This document shows, in pieces, positions 41,966 through 51,465 of a stretch of 64,000 nucleotides of DNA. The stretch comes from Gammaproteobacteria bacterium (GTDB lineage: Bacteria; Pseudomonadota; Gammaproteobacteria; SURF-13), in the NCBI GenBank assembly GCA_016195665.1, contig JACPZD010000001.1, positions 282,848-346,847 of the forward strand, given 5' to 3'. The notes beneath the pieces are model-generated. The model saw only the letters and a list, made by a program, of their open reading frames with translations, did no database searches and was not told the DNA's origin. Both the position numbers and the translations under genes were made by a program. Numbering within the stretch: the first letter of the stretch is position 1; every line of letters begins with the position of its first letter.

Positions 41966-42377
41966 AATCGTTTTTCTCATCGTCGTCCTTGGATTTATCA
42001 CTATCCAGTTTACCCGCACGCTTGGAGCCGTACATGTTGACCATGTAGTATACAAATGCAAATCCCGCCGCAATGTACACCAGGGCCGCGGCGAAGCCCC
42101 AGTCGAACCACGGGCGCGGATGTCCGGGACGGTCTCCCCAAAACGGAAAACTCAAACCCACGGCAATCAGCGTAACGACAACGACCACCGCGACAAACCA
42201 ATACGGGAGATTGCGCTGCGACTCGGGGATTTTCTCGACCAGCTCCCAGTCTTCCAGGCCACGCTTCATGCGGCGTTCCTCGTCCGAGGCATAACCGTAA
42301 TGATCCGGCTTCTCGACGCCCCAATCGGGGGTCCCCGGTTCACTCCCGTTTTTTTCCTCATCCTGCTGCATAGTCAT
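41964..42377 (-). CDS. Two-TM hypothetical protein with a CcoP-N-like segment
   Basis: IPESQRNLPYWF...SFPFWGDRP parallels 49817-50503. Confidence 0.65.
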   Translation of the reverse strand: MTMQQDEEKNGSEPGTPDWGVEKPDHYGYASDEERRMKRGLEDWELVEKIPESQRNLPYWFVAVVVVVTLIAVGLSFPFWGDRPGHPRPWFDWGFAAALVYIAAGFAFVYYMVNMYGSKRAGKLDSDKSKDDDEKND

Positions 42378-43723
42378 CGTCCATCGCTACTGACAAAATG
42401 CTGTACTCGATAGCTCGCGCGCCAGCCATCTTGAGCCTCTACTTTTACGACAACGGGATACAGCCCCTTGGGTAGCACTTTACCAATGTGCAGATTGAGG
42501 TCCTTGCGTCCGACCGTAGTAAAACCCATTTCACTTCCAGACAATTGATAGCTCGCCGCGGGCAGGCCTTCTACCCGCACCTTCAACAGCGCTTCTTTAT
42601 ACAGTTTGTTGGCAAGACCGATACGGTAGTCCTGTATCGTTCCCTGATTGGTGTCCGCGCGGTAAACGCTGAGGTGGTAGGGCTGATAGCTCAGCAGCCC
42701 CCACGCGAACATCGCTGCGCCCATCACCGTGAGCGGCAGGCTCCACGAAAAACGCCCGAGCAGCGTGCCGAGATTGCTCTTGAGATTACTGCCCTGTTGA
42801 ATTGCGAGTCCTACCAGCTTTGACACCTTGCGTTCGCCAAACTCGAAACTCAACAGCCCGGGCTCACCGTTGCGATATTGCAGCGAGTCGCAGGCGCTGA
42901 TACACGCACCGCAGTTGATGCAACTGTCGTAGGTGCTGGTATTGCGCGGGTCTATCTCCACGGGACACACGGTAAGACAAAAGTTGCAACTCGCGCAGCG
43001 TTCGCCGCGCGCGTCGTCACAGGCGATATGCAGCGTTTGACGGGTCTTGAAGGAGTGCTGCCAAACCCGGTAGATGCACATGAAGCGGCAAAAGAAGTAG
43101 CGCACCACGGCGATGTCCACCAGAATAATCAGCACAAACACCGTGTAAATCCAGTGCAGCGAAGAGGCGAGGCGCGCATCGTCACGCAAGGTGATGAACG
43201 ACAAAACCACGTCGGGCGGATAAAAATACAGCAGAGGGATCAAGGCGAGCAGCAGCGACCCCGCCAGAAACAGGCCGCCCAGCATCAGCCAGTTAATCCA
43301 TTTTTTCTTGCCGGCGGAAACGTGCATCAACTCGCCGGTGAGACTCACCTCGGCGCGTTTGCCCAAAAACCTCTGGGTCATGCGGTTGGCCCACTCGGAG
43401 AAGGTGTTTTGCGGACACACCCAGCCGCAGAAGGCGGTCCCAAGCGTGGAATAGGTCATAACCAGCATACTCGAAACCGCCAGCCAAAACCCCACCACGA
43501 TGAAAAAATCTGAAAACCAGATCTGCCGGTCCAGCACCACAAAGGCGCCGGCGGCGGGGTCTATGCGAAACAGACCGGTGACGGGGATCAATATGGCGGC
43601 CAGCAGCGCCCCCCACTGCACGGCGCGCCGGTAACGGCGCAAACGCACACCGTCGGAGGCGGGACGCCCTGTCTCGACCGTCACCTTGATGCGGTTTAAT
43701 GCCTGGTTGGCGCTTACACTCAT
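42374..43723 (-). CDS. CcoG/FixG-like membrane 4Fe-4S protein
   Basis: FCGWVCPQ, FCRFMC, CASCNFCLTVCP, CINCGACISAC and a C-terminal Ig-like region. Confidence 0.85.
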   Translation of the reverse strand: MSVSANQALNRIKVTVETGRPASDGVRLRRYRRAVQWGALLAAILIPVTGLFRIDPAAGAFVVLDRQIWFSDFFIVVGFWLAVSSMLVMTYSTLGTAFCGWVCPQNTFSEWANRMTQRFLGKRAEVSLTGELMHVSAGKKKWINWLMLGGLFLAGSLLLALIPLLYFYPPDVVLSFITLRDDARLASSLHWIYTVFVLIILVDIAVVRYFFCRFMCIYRVWQHSFKTRQTLHIACDDARGERCASCNFCLTVCPVEIDPRNTSTYDSCINCGACISACDSLQYRNGEPGLLSFEFGERKVSKLVGLAIQQGSNLKSNLGTLLGRFSWSLPLTVMGAAMFAWGLLSYQPYHLSVYRADTNQGTIQDYRIGLANKLYKEALLKVRVEGLPAASYQLSGSEMGFTTVGRKDLNLHIGKVLPKGLYPVVVKVEAQDGWRASYRVQHFVSSDGR

Positions 43724-43757
43724 AGCAATGCTATTTTAACATACGCCTTAACTGCCA

Positions 43758-43852
43758 GTGAGGCGTAAGGCGTGAGGAGTGAGGTGTATAAAACCGCTTC
43801 CCTCACGCCTCACTCCTCACCCCTCACTTGTTGTAACGCCTCACTCCTCACC
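43758..43852. repeat. Inverted heptamer arrays (GTGAGGN / NCCTCAC)
   Basis: GTGAGGCGTAAGGCGTGAGGAGTGAGG faces CCTCACGCCTCACTCCTCACCCCTCAC. Confidence 0.75.
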
Positions 43853-46591
43853 GGTTTTCACCCTCACTCCCCTGTCGAGCGGGCTGACGGCGGTCAGTTG
43901 CGAGCGGTAGCGCTCCGCCTCGGCCGCGTTACCCGCCTCTCGTTCGAGCCGCCACAAGGCGCGCAGCGTCTCGACATGATCGGGACGCAGCTTGAGTATC
44001 GCCTGCAAGGCGGCACGCCTGTCTCTGCCCTTGGCAAGGACCTGCGGCAGCGAGGCATACATCGCATCGGCCAGCGCAAAGGCAATCCAGCGGTCACGGG
44101 GATTCGCCTCATAAGCAAGACGCAGCAACCGCGCACCCTCGTCACTGCCGCGTAGCGTCGCAAGCCAGCCGCGCGTGGCCAACTCATTTCCCGCGTAGCT
44201 GCGCTCAAACTCGGCCATATCTGACATCGCGATATGCATCTCACTCGCGGCCTGTTCCAGTGTCGGGCGTTGTCGCAGCAATTCCTCTATAATGTTTACA
44301 AGATCCATTTCTCCGCTGTAACGGGCACGGGGCAGGCTATACTCAATGCGTGGAGCCCATTCGTCTTGCACCGGGCCGGTTTCGGCGTTTATTCGCCCCC
44401 AGTAACGGCCCAGCCAGGTCCACGCGCCTTCACCGCCGGTCACCCGCGACTGTGTTTCGGTATTCATACGGTTGAGGTTGGCGAGCATGGCCGGCGCACC
44501 ACCTATCGCCTCTGTTGCGCCAACCAGCGCCAGGCGAAATCCGTCCATGAAGATCACGGCGTCCGGATACACGCGCGCGAAGCTGCGCAGCACCACGGCA
44601 AGCGACCCGGCGTCGAACTGATTGAGCGCGATCCATTGTACAAACAGACCGCCCTCATTGAGGCGTGCCTTGGCACGGGCGAACTGCTGTACCGAGAGCA
44701 GCGTGCTGTGACCGACCAGATCGGGGTGAAACAAGTCGCCGACGATGACATCGTAATGCCCGCTGCCGGCGCGCAAAAAACGCCGCGCATCATCGCGCAC
44801 GATGCGGGTAGCGGCAGCGACGCCTTGATTGAGAGGCGCAAACCAGGGCATGGCCTCTATCACCCCCTGAGACACTTCCACGGCGGTGCGTTGCAGATCC
44901 GGAAACGGCAGGGAACCGGACGCCGAGATACCCGTGCCCAAACCGAGAAACAGCACGCTGCGCGGCGCGGGGTGCAGCAACAGCGGCAGCCGCGCCTGGT
45001 TTTGCTGCACGATCACAGCGGCCTGATCGGTCGCCGCATCCATGCGCTGCATGTCGGTCAGCAAGACGCGCTGACCATCGGCGCGTTCCACGACCTGAGT
45101 GATGGAGAGCGCATCCTCGTGACGATACACGTCATGACTCCCCGCCTGCGCCTTGGGCAACAGTTTTGCAATCTCCGGTAACTCCCGCACCGGCCAACCC
45201 AATACTGCGAGTGTGAAAAATCCCGTTGCTACTACAACAGCTTTTAGAGCAGAGCCTCTGACCCACACCAGGCCGCACACCAGCAGCACCGATGCAGCGA
45301 TCAGCAGCGTGCCGGGCGCGCCGAACGCCGGGATCAACACCCCGCCTGCGAGCAGCGCGCCCAGCGCCCCGCCCAGTGCGTTGACGCCATACAACCACGC
45401 GCCGCTTTGTACTACCCACGAATCTGCGACCGAAGGGCGCTCTGACTCCCCTTCTCCCGCTGGGAGAAGGTGGCCCGAAGGGCCGGATGAGGGAGAGACC
45501 GCACAGTTCATGGACATCGTTCGCGACATCGAGGTCGTGCGGTCTCGTCCGGCGCGCGCGCTGATGAGCGGCAGCCACGCGCCCAACGCAAGGGTTACCG
45601 GCAGGGTGAGTGCGGTCAACGCGAGCCCTTGCAGGGTAAGCGCCTGGAGTAGTGAGTCAAACCGACCCTGCTCCGCCCAAGCCGAGATGATGGGCACTCC
45701 CCATAAACTGGTGACTGAAAACAGCACGGCGATGACGGGTAGGGAACTCAACCAGAACCTGTCCCTCATATACCTTGCGAGCAGGCTGCCCAAACCTATG
45801 CCGAGCAAAAATATAGCGAGGATCAGCGCCATAACATACTCGGTGCGCAGCAGAATCATGCCGAACAAGCGTATCCAAGCGATTTCCAGCATCAGAGCCG
45901 CAGCGCCCACACCTGAATAGGCCAACAAGGTTAATAAATCGGGGCGGGCGTCTGTTGTCACACCTTGCGGCGAGCTACGCGCCGGTGCGACGGTGGAGAG
46001 TAGCCCTGCTCCCAGCGCAATCAGCAGTCCTATCGACGCAACGACGTCTATCGCCTGAGCCCAGCCCCAAGCCGGTAACAGCCAAAGCGGTAACAAGGCG
46101 CCCGCGACACCGCCGCAGGTGTTCGCCCCGTAGATCTCGGCGAGTGTCAGCGGAGTGGGCGCCAAGACCTTGAGCATCAGCGGGAAGGTAACGCCCATCG
46201 CCAGAGCAGGAAGCGCCAGCACCAGCAGCGTCACCGCACCCTGCAGCAGGTACCAGCCGTTCAGGTCTAGCTGCACGGCGAGACTGCCGGCTGTGCCGTC
46301 TAGCAGACGCAGTAATTGCGGCAAGGCGAGCGCGAACAGCGCGACGCCCCCTTCCAGCACGGCAACCACGCGGAGTGGATTGCGCAACCTCAAGGATAAC
46401 CGCTCGCCCAGCACGCTCCCAAAACCGAGCCCCAGCATGAACGCCGCCACCGTAACGACGACGCCGAAGATGCTCACCCCGAATTGCACCGTCAACATGC
46501 GCGCCCACAACACTTCGTAAGCGATGCCTGTCATGCCGGAGAAGGCGTAAAGGATCAGTAAGGCCCAAGGCCAGACGCGAGTAGCACGCAT
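43841..46591 (-). CDS. Multi-TM protein fused to a spermidine-synthase-like SAM-binding domain
   Basis: SG...IAYEVLW.R, YGANT.G, LFLGLGTG, DARRFL, YDVIVGDLFHP and GGLFVQW motifs. Confidence 0.85.
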   Translation of the reverse strand: MRATRVWPWALLILYAFSGMTGIAYEVLWARMLTVQFGVSIFGVVVTVAAFMLGLGFGSVLGERLSLRLRNPLRVVAVLEGGVALFALALPQLLRLLDGTAGSLAVQLDLNGWYLLQGAVTLLVLALPALAMGVTFPLMLKVLAPTPLTLAEIYGANTCGGVAGALLPLWLLPAWGWAQAIDVVASIGLLIALGAGLLSTVAPARSSPQGVTTDARPDLLTLLAYSGVGAAALMLEIAWIRLFGMILLRTEYVMALILAIFLLGIGLGSLLARYMRDRFWLSSLPVIAVLFSVTSLWGVPIISAWAEQGRFDSLLQALTLQGLALTALTLPVTLALGAWLPLISARAGRDRTTSMSRTMSMNCAVSPSSGPSGHLLPAGEGESERPSVADSWVVQSGAWLYGVNALGGALGALLAGGVLIPAFGAPGTLLIAASVLLVCGLVWVRGSALKAVVVATGFFTLAVLGWPVRELPEIAKLLPKAQAGSHDVYRHEDALSITQVVERADGQRVLLTDMQRMDAATDQAAVIVQQNQARLPLLLHPAPRSVLFLGLGTGISASGSLPFPDLQRTAVEVSQGVIEAMPWFAPLNQGVAAATRIVRDDARRFLRAGSGHYDVIVGDLFHPDLVGHSTLLSVQQFARAKARLNEGGLFVQWIALNQFDAGSLAVVLRSFARVYPDAVIFMDGFRLALVGATEAIGGAPAMLANLNRMNTETQSRVTGGEGAWTWLGRYWGRINAETGPVQDEWAPRIEYSLPRARYSGEMDLVNIIEELLRQRPTLEQAASEMHIAMSDMAEFERSYAGNELATRGWLATLRGSDEGARLLRLAYEANPRDRWIAFALADAMYASLPQVLAKGRDRRAALQAILKLRPDHVETLRALWRLEREAGNAAEAERYRSQLTAVSPLDRGVRVKTGEE
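45448..45546. repeat. Two adjacent palindromic repeats embedded in-frame in the CDS
   Basis: CCTTCTCCC-GCT-GGGAGAAGG, GGCCC-GAA-GGGCC and GAGACCGCAC...GTGCGGTCTC. They translate as RTTSMSRTMSMNCAVSPSSGPSGHLLPAGEG. Confidence 0.7.
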
Positions 46592-46686
46592 TTATATTTG
46601 GAGACCGAGTTGGCCAGGAAGGGTGTGAATTTGTCTCACCTACTTACGACCGAATTCATTCGGCCTGCAGCTCTCGCTCACAAAAC

Positions 46687-47049
46687 TCAAAACGGATAAA
46701 ACCACACAATCGCCACCACCGCATGCACGATCGCCAGCGTCACGCTGATACCCGCCATCACCATGTGAGGGATAAAAACCTGCTTTCCATACAACGCCAT
46801 GGCGATGCCCAGACCCGCCGTCGTCAATATACTGATAAGCAGCGCCAGCCCCATCAAGAACAGGATCTGGTGTTTCTTTCTCGTCTCCGCCTGCTGCTTT
46901 TCTAGCTGGCCTAGTTTGGCCCGATCCTCTTGCTGCACAAACTCCTGAATTACTGCCTCATTACTTCGATCTGCGGCCAATGCCCGGTCGAGCGGGGATA
47001 GCGGACATAACAACGCTGCAATCAACGGCAACGACCAAGTGCTCCTCAT
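46687..47049 (-). CDS. Hypothetical membrane protein with His residues at TM segments
   Basis: Signal peptide plus 2-3 TM segments. KHQILF, PHMV and VHAV. Confidence 0.7.
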   Translation of the reverse strand: MRSTWSLPLIAALLCPLSPLDRALAADRSNEAVIQEFVQQEDRAKLGQLEKQQAETRKKHQILFLMGLALLISILTTAGLGIAMALYGKQVFIPHMVMAGISVTLAIVHAVVAIVWFYPF

Positions 47050-47058
47050 GCGCTCAGA

Positions 47059-47271
47059 TCACTCGTCACGGTCGGACTCTGCACTCGACGCGCGCTTCGC
47101 GTTGCGCCAATACAACCATGCAGCAAGGCCGATGGGCGCGAGCACGCCGGGAACCAAAAACAAGAAGATGTACCATAAGGTATCAATCGTAACATGCAGA
47201 TAGCGGTAACTATCGAGGGCATAGGCCGCTCCCGGCGTGAGCAGCCCGCAGTATAAGGCAAACTTTTTCAT
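47059..47271 (-). CDS. Small membrane protein
   Basis: Signal-like N-terminus, one TM, in operon orientation. Confidence 0.65.
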   Translation of the reverse strand: MKKFALYCGLLTPGAAYALDSYRYLHVTIDTLWYIFLFLVPGVLAPIGLAAWLYWRNAKRASSAESDRDE

Positions 47272-47280
47272 GGATCCTGT

Positions 47281-48333
47281 CTAGGGCGCGCTTTGCACGC
47301 AACGAAAACCATAAAAATCCGAGGCGTAATTCGGCAGTGAGTAGTTGCGGTGGTAGGCCGCCGTAGAAAACGGATCACTCTTCCACGACCCGCCGCGCAT
47401 AACCTTGTAGCGCTGATCCGTCACTACCAGGTCTACTACCTTAAGGCTGCGGTCTTCCGCTGAGGTCGCCTTACCGCGCTTGGCCTTGAACAAATCCTCC
47501 GGCGCGGTGCTCCCGGGATACGGCACAAAATCATCCGCCGTCCACTCACTGATATTGCCGGCGAGATCCATCACCCCAAACGGGCTCGCGCCCCGCGGAT
47601 ATGCAGTGACCGGCGTGGTCGCCCCCACGTTGTAGTAAGTATTAAGCCGTGTCCCGTCCATTTCGTTACCCCAGGGCCAGCGCCGTCCGTCCGCCCCGCG
47701 CGCGGCCTTTTCCCACTCCGCTTCGGTCGGCAGGCGCTTGCCCGCCCACTGCGCGTATTTTTCGGCATCATGCCACGACACCATCGTCACCGGGTGCAAC
47801 TCCTTACCCTTGGGGATCATCCCCCCCACCCAGTTTTCCGGTGGGCGATGCCCGGTCGCGACTACAAAGCGGGCATATTGCGCATTCGTCACCGGGTACT
47901 TGTCAATGCGATAGGCAGGCAGCGTCACGCTGTGTTGCGGCCGGTTTTGCTCGTCGGCGCGCTCGTTGTCGGTACCCATGATGAACGGCCCTGCCGGAAT
48001 GAGCAGCGTCGTATCCACTTCAGCCCATTGCGCCGGAGTAAGCAATTGCTCGACTTGTTCAGGCGTGTACAGCCCGACCGCCACTTTCGCCTCACCGGTG
48101 CGCCGCATGGCGTCCTCACCCGCCGCGCGAATGCGCGTGGCTTCTTGCTTCAAGTCGTACGTCGCCTTGCCTCGCATCTCGGCCATGCGGTTGGCGCCGA
48201 GCTGGATTACATGAATACTCCCGCCTATCATGGCCAGCGCCACGCAGGTCACTAAGGTGGCTATCAGATAACGCTTGCGCTTCGCGCGCTCCGCCGCTGT
48301 CAGCGCGGGTCTGCCGGGTAATGTCGTACTCAT
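47281..48333 (-). CDS. Membrane-anchored FGE-sulfatase-fold protein (SUMF1/NirV-like)
   Basis: F.MG, VTNAQY, P...VSW.DA, RLPTEAEWEKAARG, GN..EW, RGGSW and GFRC motifs. Confidence 0.88.
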   Translation of the reverse strand: MSTTLPGRPALTAAERAKRKRYLIATLVTCVALAMIGGSIHVIQLGANRMAEMRGKATYDLKQEATRIRAAGEDAMRRTGEAKVAVGLYTPEQVEQLLTPAQWAEVDTTLLIPAGPFIMGTDNERADEQNRPQHSVTLPAYRIDKYPVTNAQYARFVVATGHRPPENWVGGMIPKGKELHPVTMVSWHDAEKYAQWAGKRLPTEAEWEKAARGADGRRWPWGNEMDGTRLNTYYNVGATTPVTAYPRGASPFGVMDLAGNISEWTADDFVPYPGSTAPEDLFKAKRGKATSAEDRSLKVVDLVVTDQRYKVMRGGSWKSDPFSTAAYHRNYSLPNYASDFYGFRCVQSAP

Positions 48334-48346
48334 AACGCCAACCCAA

Positions 48347-48835
48347 TCAAGGCTGGTAGGGCTTGCCGGTCAGCTTTTCGTACTCGGCCTTACGGGTTTC
48401 CACCAGATACCAGTCCTTCACCTTCAGGCTCGCCATATAAGCGGCGAGCGTACGCCTGTCCTGTTCAGGCAGGTGCGCGTAGGAGGGCATACGGTATTGT
48501 TTTTTGAGGCGAGAGGGCAAGATCGTCTGCGGGTCGGGCGCGGAGAAATAGACGTAAAACCACGCTTCATCGCGCAGCGAGCCTATCCCATCCAACGCCG
48601 GCGCGGGCACCGACTCGAACATGTTGCGCACCGTCCAGAGCGTATGGCAATTCTTGCAGCTCAGGCTGCGGTATAAATCTGAGCCCTTGCGTGCAAGTTC
48701 GGGAGTAGCGGTACTGTAAAACGGGATGCCGGGGTCCTGCTGCGCGGGCAGACCTAATTGCCACAAACCCCTGCCAACCGCATACAGTACCAGCGCGGCG
48801 ATGATCCCGAGCACCCATTTCTCACCTCCGCGCAT
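48347..48835 (-). CDS. Membrane-anchored monoheme cytochrome c (CcoO-like fold)
   Basis: CKNCH, LDGIGS.R and RMPSY axial Met. Confidence 0.85.
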   Translation of the reverse strand: MRGGEKWVLGIIAALVLYAVGRGLWQLGLPAQQDPGIPFYSTATPELARKGSDLYRSLSCKNCHTLWTVRNMFESVPAPALDGIGSLRDEAWFYVYFSAPDPQTILPSRLKKQYRMPSYAHLPEQDRRTLAAYMASLKVKDWYLVETRKAEYEKLTGKPYQP

Positions 48836-48851
48836 CGCCTGCCAGCGTCCT

Positions 48852-49100
48852 CTAGTGATGCCCGCTTAACTCCTCGCGCCGCTTAATCTGCTGCGCGATC
48901 ACTTCCCGGCTCTTGGCGTATTCCTCCGGGCTCATCCGCTCCCTGTCATCCTCCGTGAACATCACGTATTTGATGTCCTCATCGAATTGCTCATTGCGCA
49001 TCGCCCAGCGTATCCCGAACACCACAGCGATCAGAATCAGCCCGCCGACCACCAGCCACAAGTAAATCGTCCAGCCATCAACTAAAAAATCCGTATTCAT
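48852..49100 (-). CDS. CcoS-like oxidase maturation protein
   Basis: A TM segment followed by WAMRNEQFDED (compare CcoS WA..SGQFDD). Confidence 0.65.
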   Translation of the reverse strand: MNTDFLVDGWTIYLWLVVGGLILIAVVFGIRWAMRNEQFDEDIKYVMFTEDDRERMSPEEYAKSREVIAQQIKRREELSGHH

Positions 49101-49180
49101 AGTTCCATCCTCCTATCGTGAAGCCATCCCTGGCGTTACCTCAAGCTCTTCTATAAGCACCGGCCGCTTCGCGGCTCACC

Positions 49181-49477
49181 CTAAAACAGATAACCACCCA
49201 ACAACTGCAACGAACCCATGATCACCGCGACCACAATACCCAGAAATATCCAGGCAAACAGCCACTTCTCACCGGTCTTCAACCCTTTGACATTTTTCCC
49301 CGCCATAAATCCAATCACAATGGTGGAAAAAAATATGATCGCGAGCAGCATGAAGAAAAACACCCCGATGCTGAATTCCTGACTGTAAACACTATCCACC
49401 CCCCTGTCCATGGCAAGCGGATTTTGTGTCTGTACAATCATGGTCCGATTTACTGATAAATCCATAAGTAAGGCCAC
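49181..49477 (-). CDS. Small two-TM hypothetical protein (start probably downstream of 49477)
   Basis: Two hydrophobic helices and a GEKW motif, in operon orientation. Confidence 0.65.
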   Translation of the reverse strand: MALLMDLSVNRTMIVQTQNPLAMDRGVDSVYSQEFSIGVFFFMLLAIIFFSTIVIGFMAGKNVKGLKTGEKWLFAWIFLGIVVAVIMGSLQLLGGYLF

Positions 49478-49543
49478 ACTTACCGATACGTCCCCCCCTA
49501 TGTAGGGGGCGGGACAGGGTGGGGGTAGATAAAAACGCGGTGT

Positions 49544-49593
49544 TTACTCAGAAGTCACAAAGACGACCTGTCGTCTTTGTGACTTCTGAGTAA
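49544..49593. repeat. Perfect 24-bp inverted repeat with 2-nt spacer
   Basis: TTACTCAGAAGTCACAAAGACGAC-CT-GTCGTCTTTGTGACTTCTGAGTAA. Confidence 0.9.
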
Positions 49594-49637
49594 CGACATA
49601 GAGCTGATAACACGCATCTCAGTGAATCTAAACCCCT

Positions 49638-49672
49638 AAAAAGACAATGCCGCTACTGAGAGCGGCATTGTT
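49638..49672 (-). terminator. Likely intrinsic terminator after the oxidase core genes
   Basis: Minus-strand ACAATGCCGCT-CTCAGT-AGCGGCATTGT followed by CTTTTT. Confidence 0.6.
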
Positions 49673-49694
49673 GTTCTTGGTTTGCGGCTGCGTG

Positions 49695-49820
49695 TTATTT
49701 TTTCTTCTTATACAGGTTAGGTGCGTAACGGTCTACGATAAAGCTGTAGAGCACTGGCACCAGCAAGGCCACTAACGTTACTCCGGCCAGAACCAGCGGC
49801 GGATTGTCCAGATCTATCAT
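49695..49820 (-). CDS. Small single-TM protein (41 aa, not in the ORF track)
   Basis: MIDLDNPPLVLAGVTLVALLVPVLYSFIVDRYAPNLYKKKK*. ATGA overlap with the upstream stop and an AGGAG RBS. Confidence 0.7.
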   Translation of the reverse strand: MIDLDNPPLVLAGVTLVALLVPVLYSFIVDRYAPNLYKKKK

Positions 49821-50503
49821 GCTACTCTCCTCTTTTGACCATGCACGCTCAACTCGGCAATCTCGGCGTCGCTCAACATGCGCTCGTTACCATGACGCGG
49901 TTGCACCGTATAGGGTGGCAGCCGCTTTACTACTATCATTACCGCCAGGCAGAAATAGATCACGTAAAAGATGTCGATAGTATATCCCTTATCCCACCAG
50001 GGCTGTTGACGCACAATGCTGCCGTCGGGACGGACATTCCCTTCAAAGTTGGCAAGGACGAGCCTATCGCCCAGAACGGTATAGTCTTCCAGAATGGCGT
50101 TTTTCGCCTGCAGGTCCTGGATGAGCGGCTTCAATACACGCAGGTCATCCATTTCTACGGGGTGTTGTATCAGTTGAGTCTTGTGCTTTGATTTACTACC
50201 CACCTCTTTGACAAGATAGTCCATGCGGGCCTGATCATTCGGCAGGGCCTGCACTTCGGGGCTATCCATCGCAGCGATATACTCCTGATAGATCGCTGCG
50301 GTAGGGCGCTGGCCCCACAAGGGAAAGGTAATAAGGTATGCGGATATGATGGTCAGCACCAGCAGATACACCACCGGCTGAGGCAGACGGTTGTTGTTCT
50401 CGGTGATGCCGCCCAGGCTTTCGGACTCCCATATCTCCATGGCGGTCTTGTTGCTTTCATCATCCGTGAGGGTACGCAGCGGGTTGTCAAATCTCCAGGC
50501 CAT
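49817..50503 (-). CDS. Heme-less membrane protein with a CcoP N-terminal-like motif
   Basis: GGITENNNRLP resembles CcoP DGI.E.NNPLP. No CxxCH. Directly follows ccoO. Confidence 0.7.
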   Translation of the reverse strand: MAWRFDNPLRTLTDDESNKTAMEIWESESLGGITENNNRLPQPVVYLLVLTIISAYLITFPLWGQRPTAAIYQEYIAAMDSPEVQALPNDQARMDYLVKEVGSKSKHKTQLIQHPVEMDDLRVLKPLIQDLQAKNAILEDYTVLGDRLVLANFEGNVRPDGSIVRQQPWWDKGYTIDIFYVIYFCLAVMIVVKRLPPYTVQPRHGNERMLSDAEIAELSVHGQKRRVA

Positions 50504-50514
50504 GACACATCCTC

Positions 50515-51465
50515 CTACTTTAAGTTCAAGACAAAGTCTATCAAGTAACGAATCTCGCTGTTGCTCGCATAGGCGGGCACCTCGGGCGGCGTCACGCGCT
50601 CGCCACGGCGATATTCCAGAAACTCCCTGCGCCAGCCCGCATAGTTAATCTTGTTGCCGTTGGCGTCGGTCTCGCCCCACAGGTAATCAAAGCGCGGCAT
50701 GATGGAGTGCGGCTGCACCAGGCGTGGATTGAAGAAGTGCATCATCATCCACTCCTTGGAGGAGTTGCGCGAACCGACATGCAGCAGGTCGGGCGCCTTG
50801 CGGTCGGAGCCAAATGCGGTGGGTGACTCACCGTTGAAGTCGCCCAGATAAGGCGGTGCGCCGAAGTATTGGAAGTCCTGAGTCTGCTCGGGCAGTAAAG
50901 TGTGGCACCACCAGCAGCCCTCCCGCACGAAGATGACCTTGCCCGAACCGGCATAGTGGGCGTTGGCGTCACCGGCCGCGGTGAGCACCGCATCAGGCGT
51001 CCAGCCGTGGGTGACGCTGGCGTTCTCTATATAGGGGTAAGATTTACCCTCGTAGTCGCCGTTCTTAACCAGGAACACGGCGCCCTGCGTCTCGCTTGCC
51101 TCATGGATTTTACCCTGTTCAACGCTCAACTCCGCACTGCCGGCACCGAGCACCTTCGGATGCTTGATGCCGCTGGGGAAGGGTGCGCCGGGACGGAATA
51201 CGTAAGCGTACACCGGGTCCATGTCCGCGCCCGAGGCCGGGTCCTTATTCAACAAAACCTTGGTGGGTGCGGCGTGACCCCTGAGGCGCGGATCGCTGAA
51301 GCTAAAGCCGCTGTTGGCCCCGTAGGTCAATTGCTTGTCGAGCGCGAGCGCCGTAGAGCCCACCGAGAAGATGTTGAAGCTCGGCATCACCAGCGTGATG
51401 AACATGGACAAGCTGAGTGCTGCACCGAACATCACGGCGCCGATTCTATACTCTCTAAAGGCCAC
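50515..51465 (-). CDS. ccoO: cbb3-type oxidase subunit II-like cytochrome c (divergent CcoO)
   Basis: G..IFVREGCWWCH, GSDRKAPDLLHVGSR, HFFNPR and SIMPRFDYL motifs. Confidence 0.85.
   Translation of the reverse strand: MAFREYRIGAVMFGAALSLSMFITLVMPSFNIFSVGSTALALDKQLTYGANSGFSFSDPRLRGHAAPTKVLLNKDPASGADMDPVYAYVFRPGAPFPSGIKHPKVLGAGSAELSVEQGKIHEASETQGAVFLVKNGDYEGKSYPYIENASVTHGWTPDAVLTAAGDANAHYAGSGKVIFVREGCWWCHTLLPEQTQDFQYFGAPPYLGDFNGESPTAFGSDRKAPDLLHVGSRNSSKEWMMMHFFNPRLVQPHSIMPRFDYLWGETDANGNKINYAGWRREFLEYRRGERVTPPEVPAYASNSEIRYLIDFVLNLK

Noticed and set aside
47281..48333. Calling this a formylglycine-generating enzyme or EgtB
   Set aside because: It lacks the catalytic Cys pair and a DinB-like domain, and no sulfatase gene is nearby.
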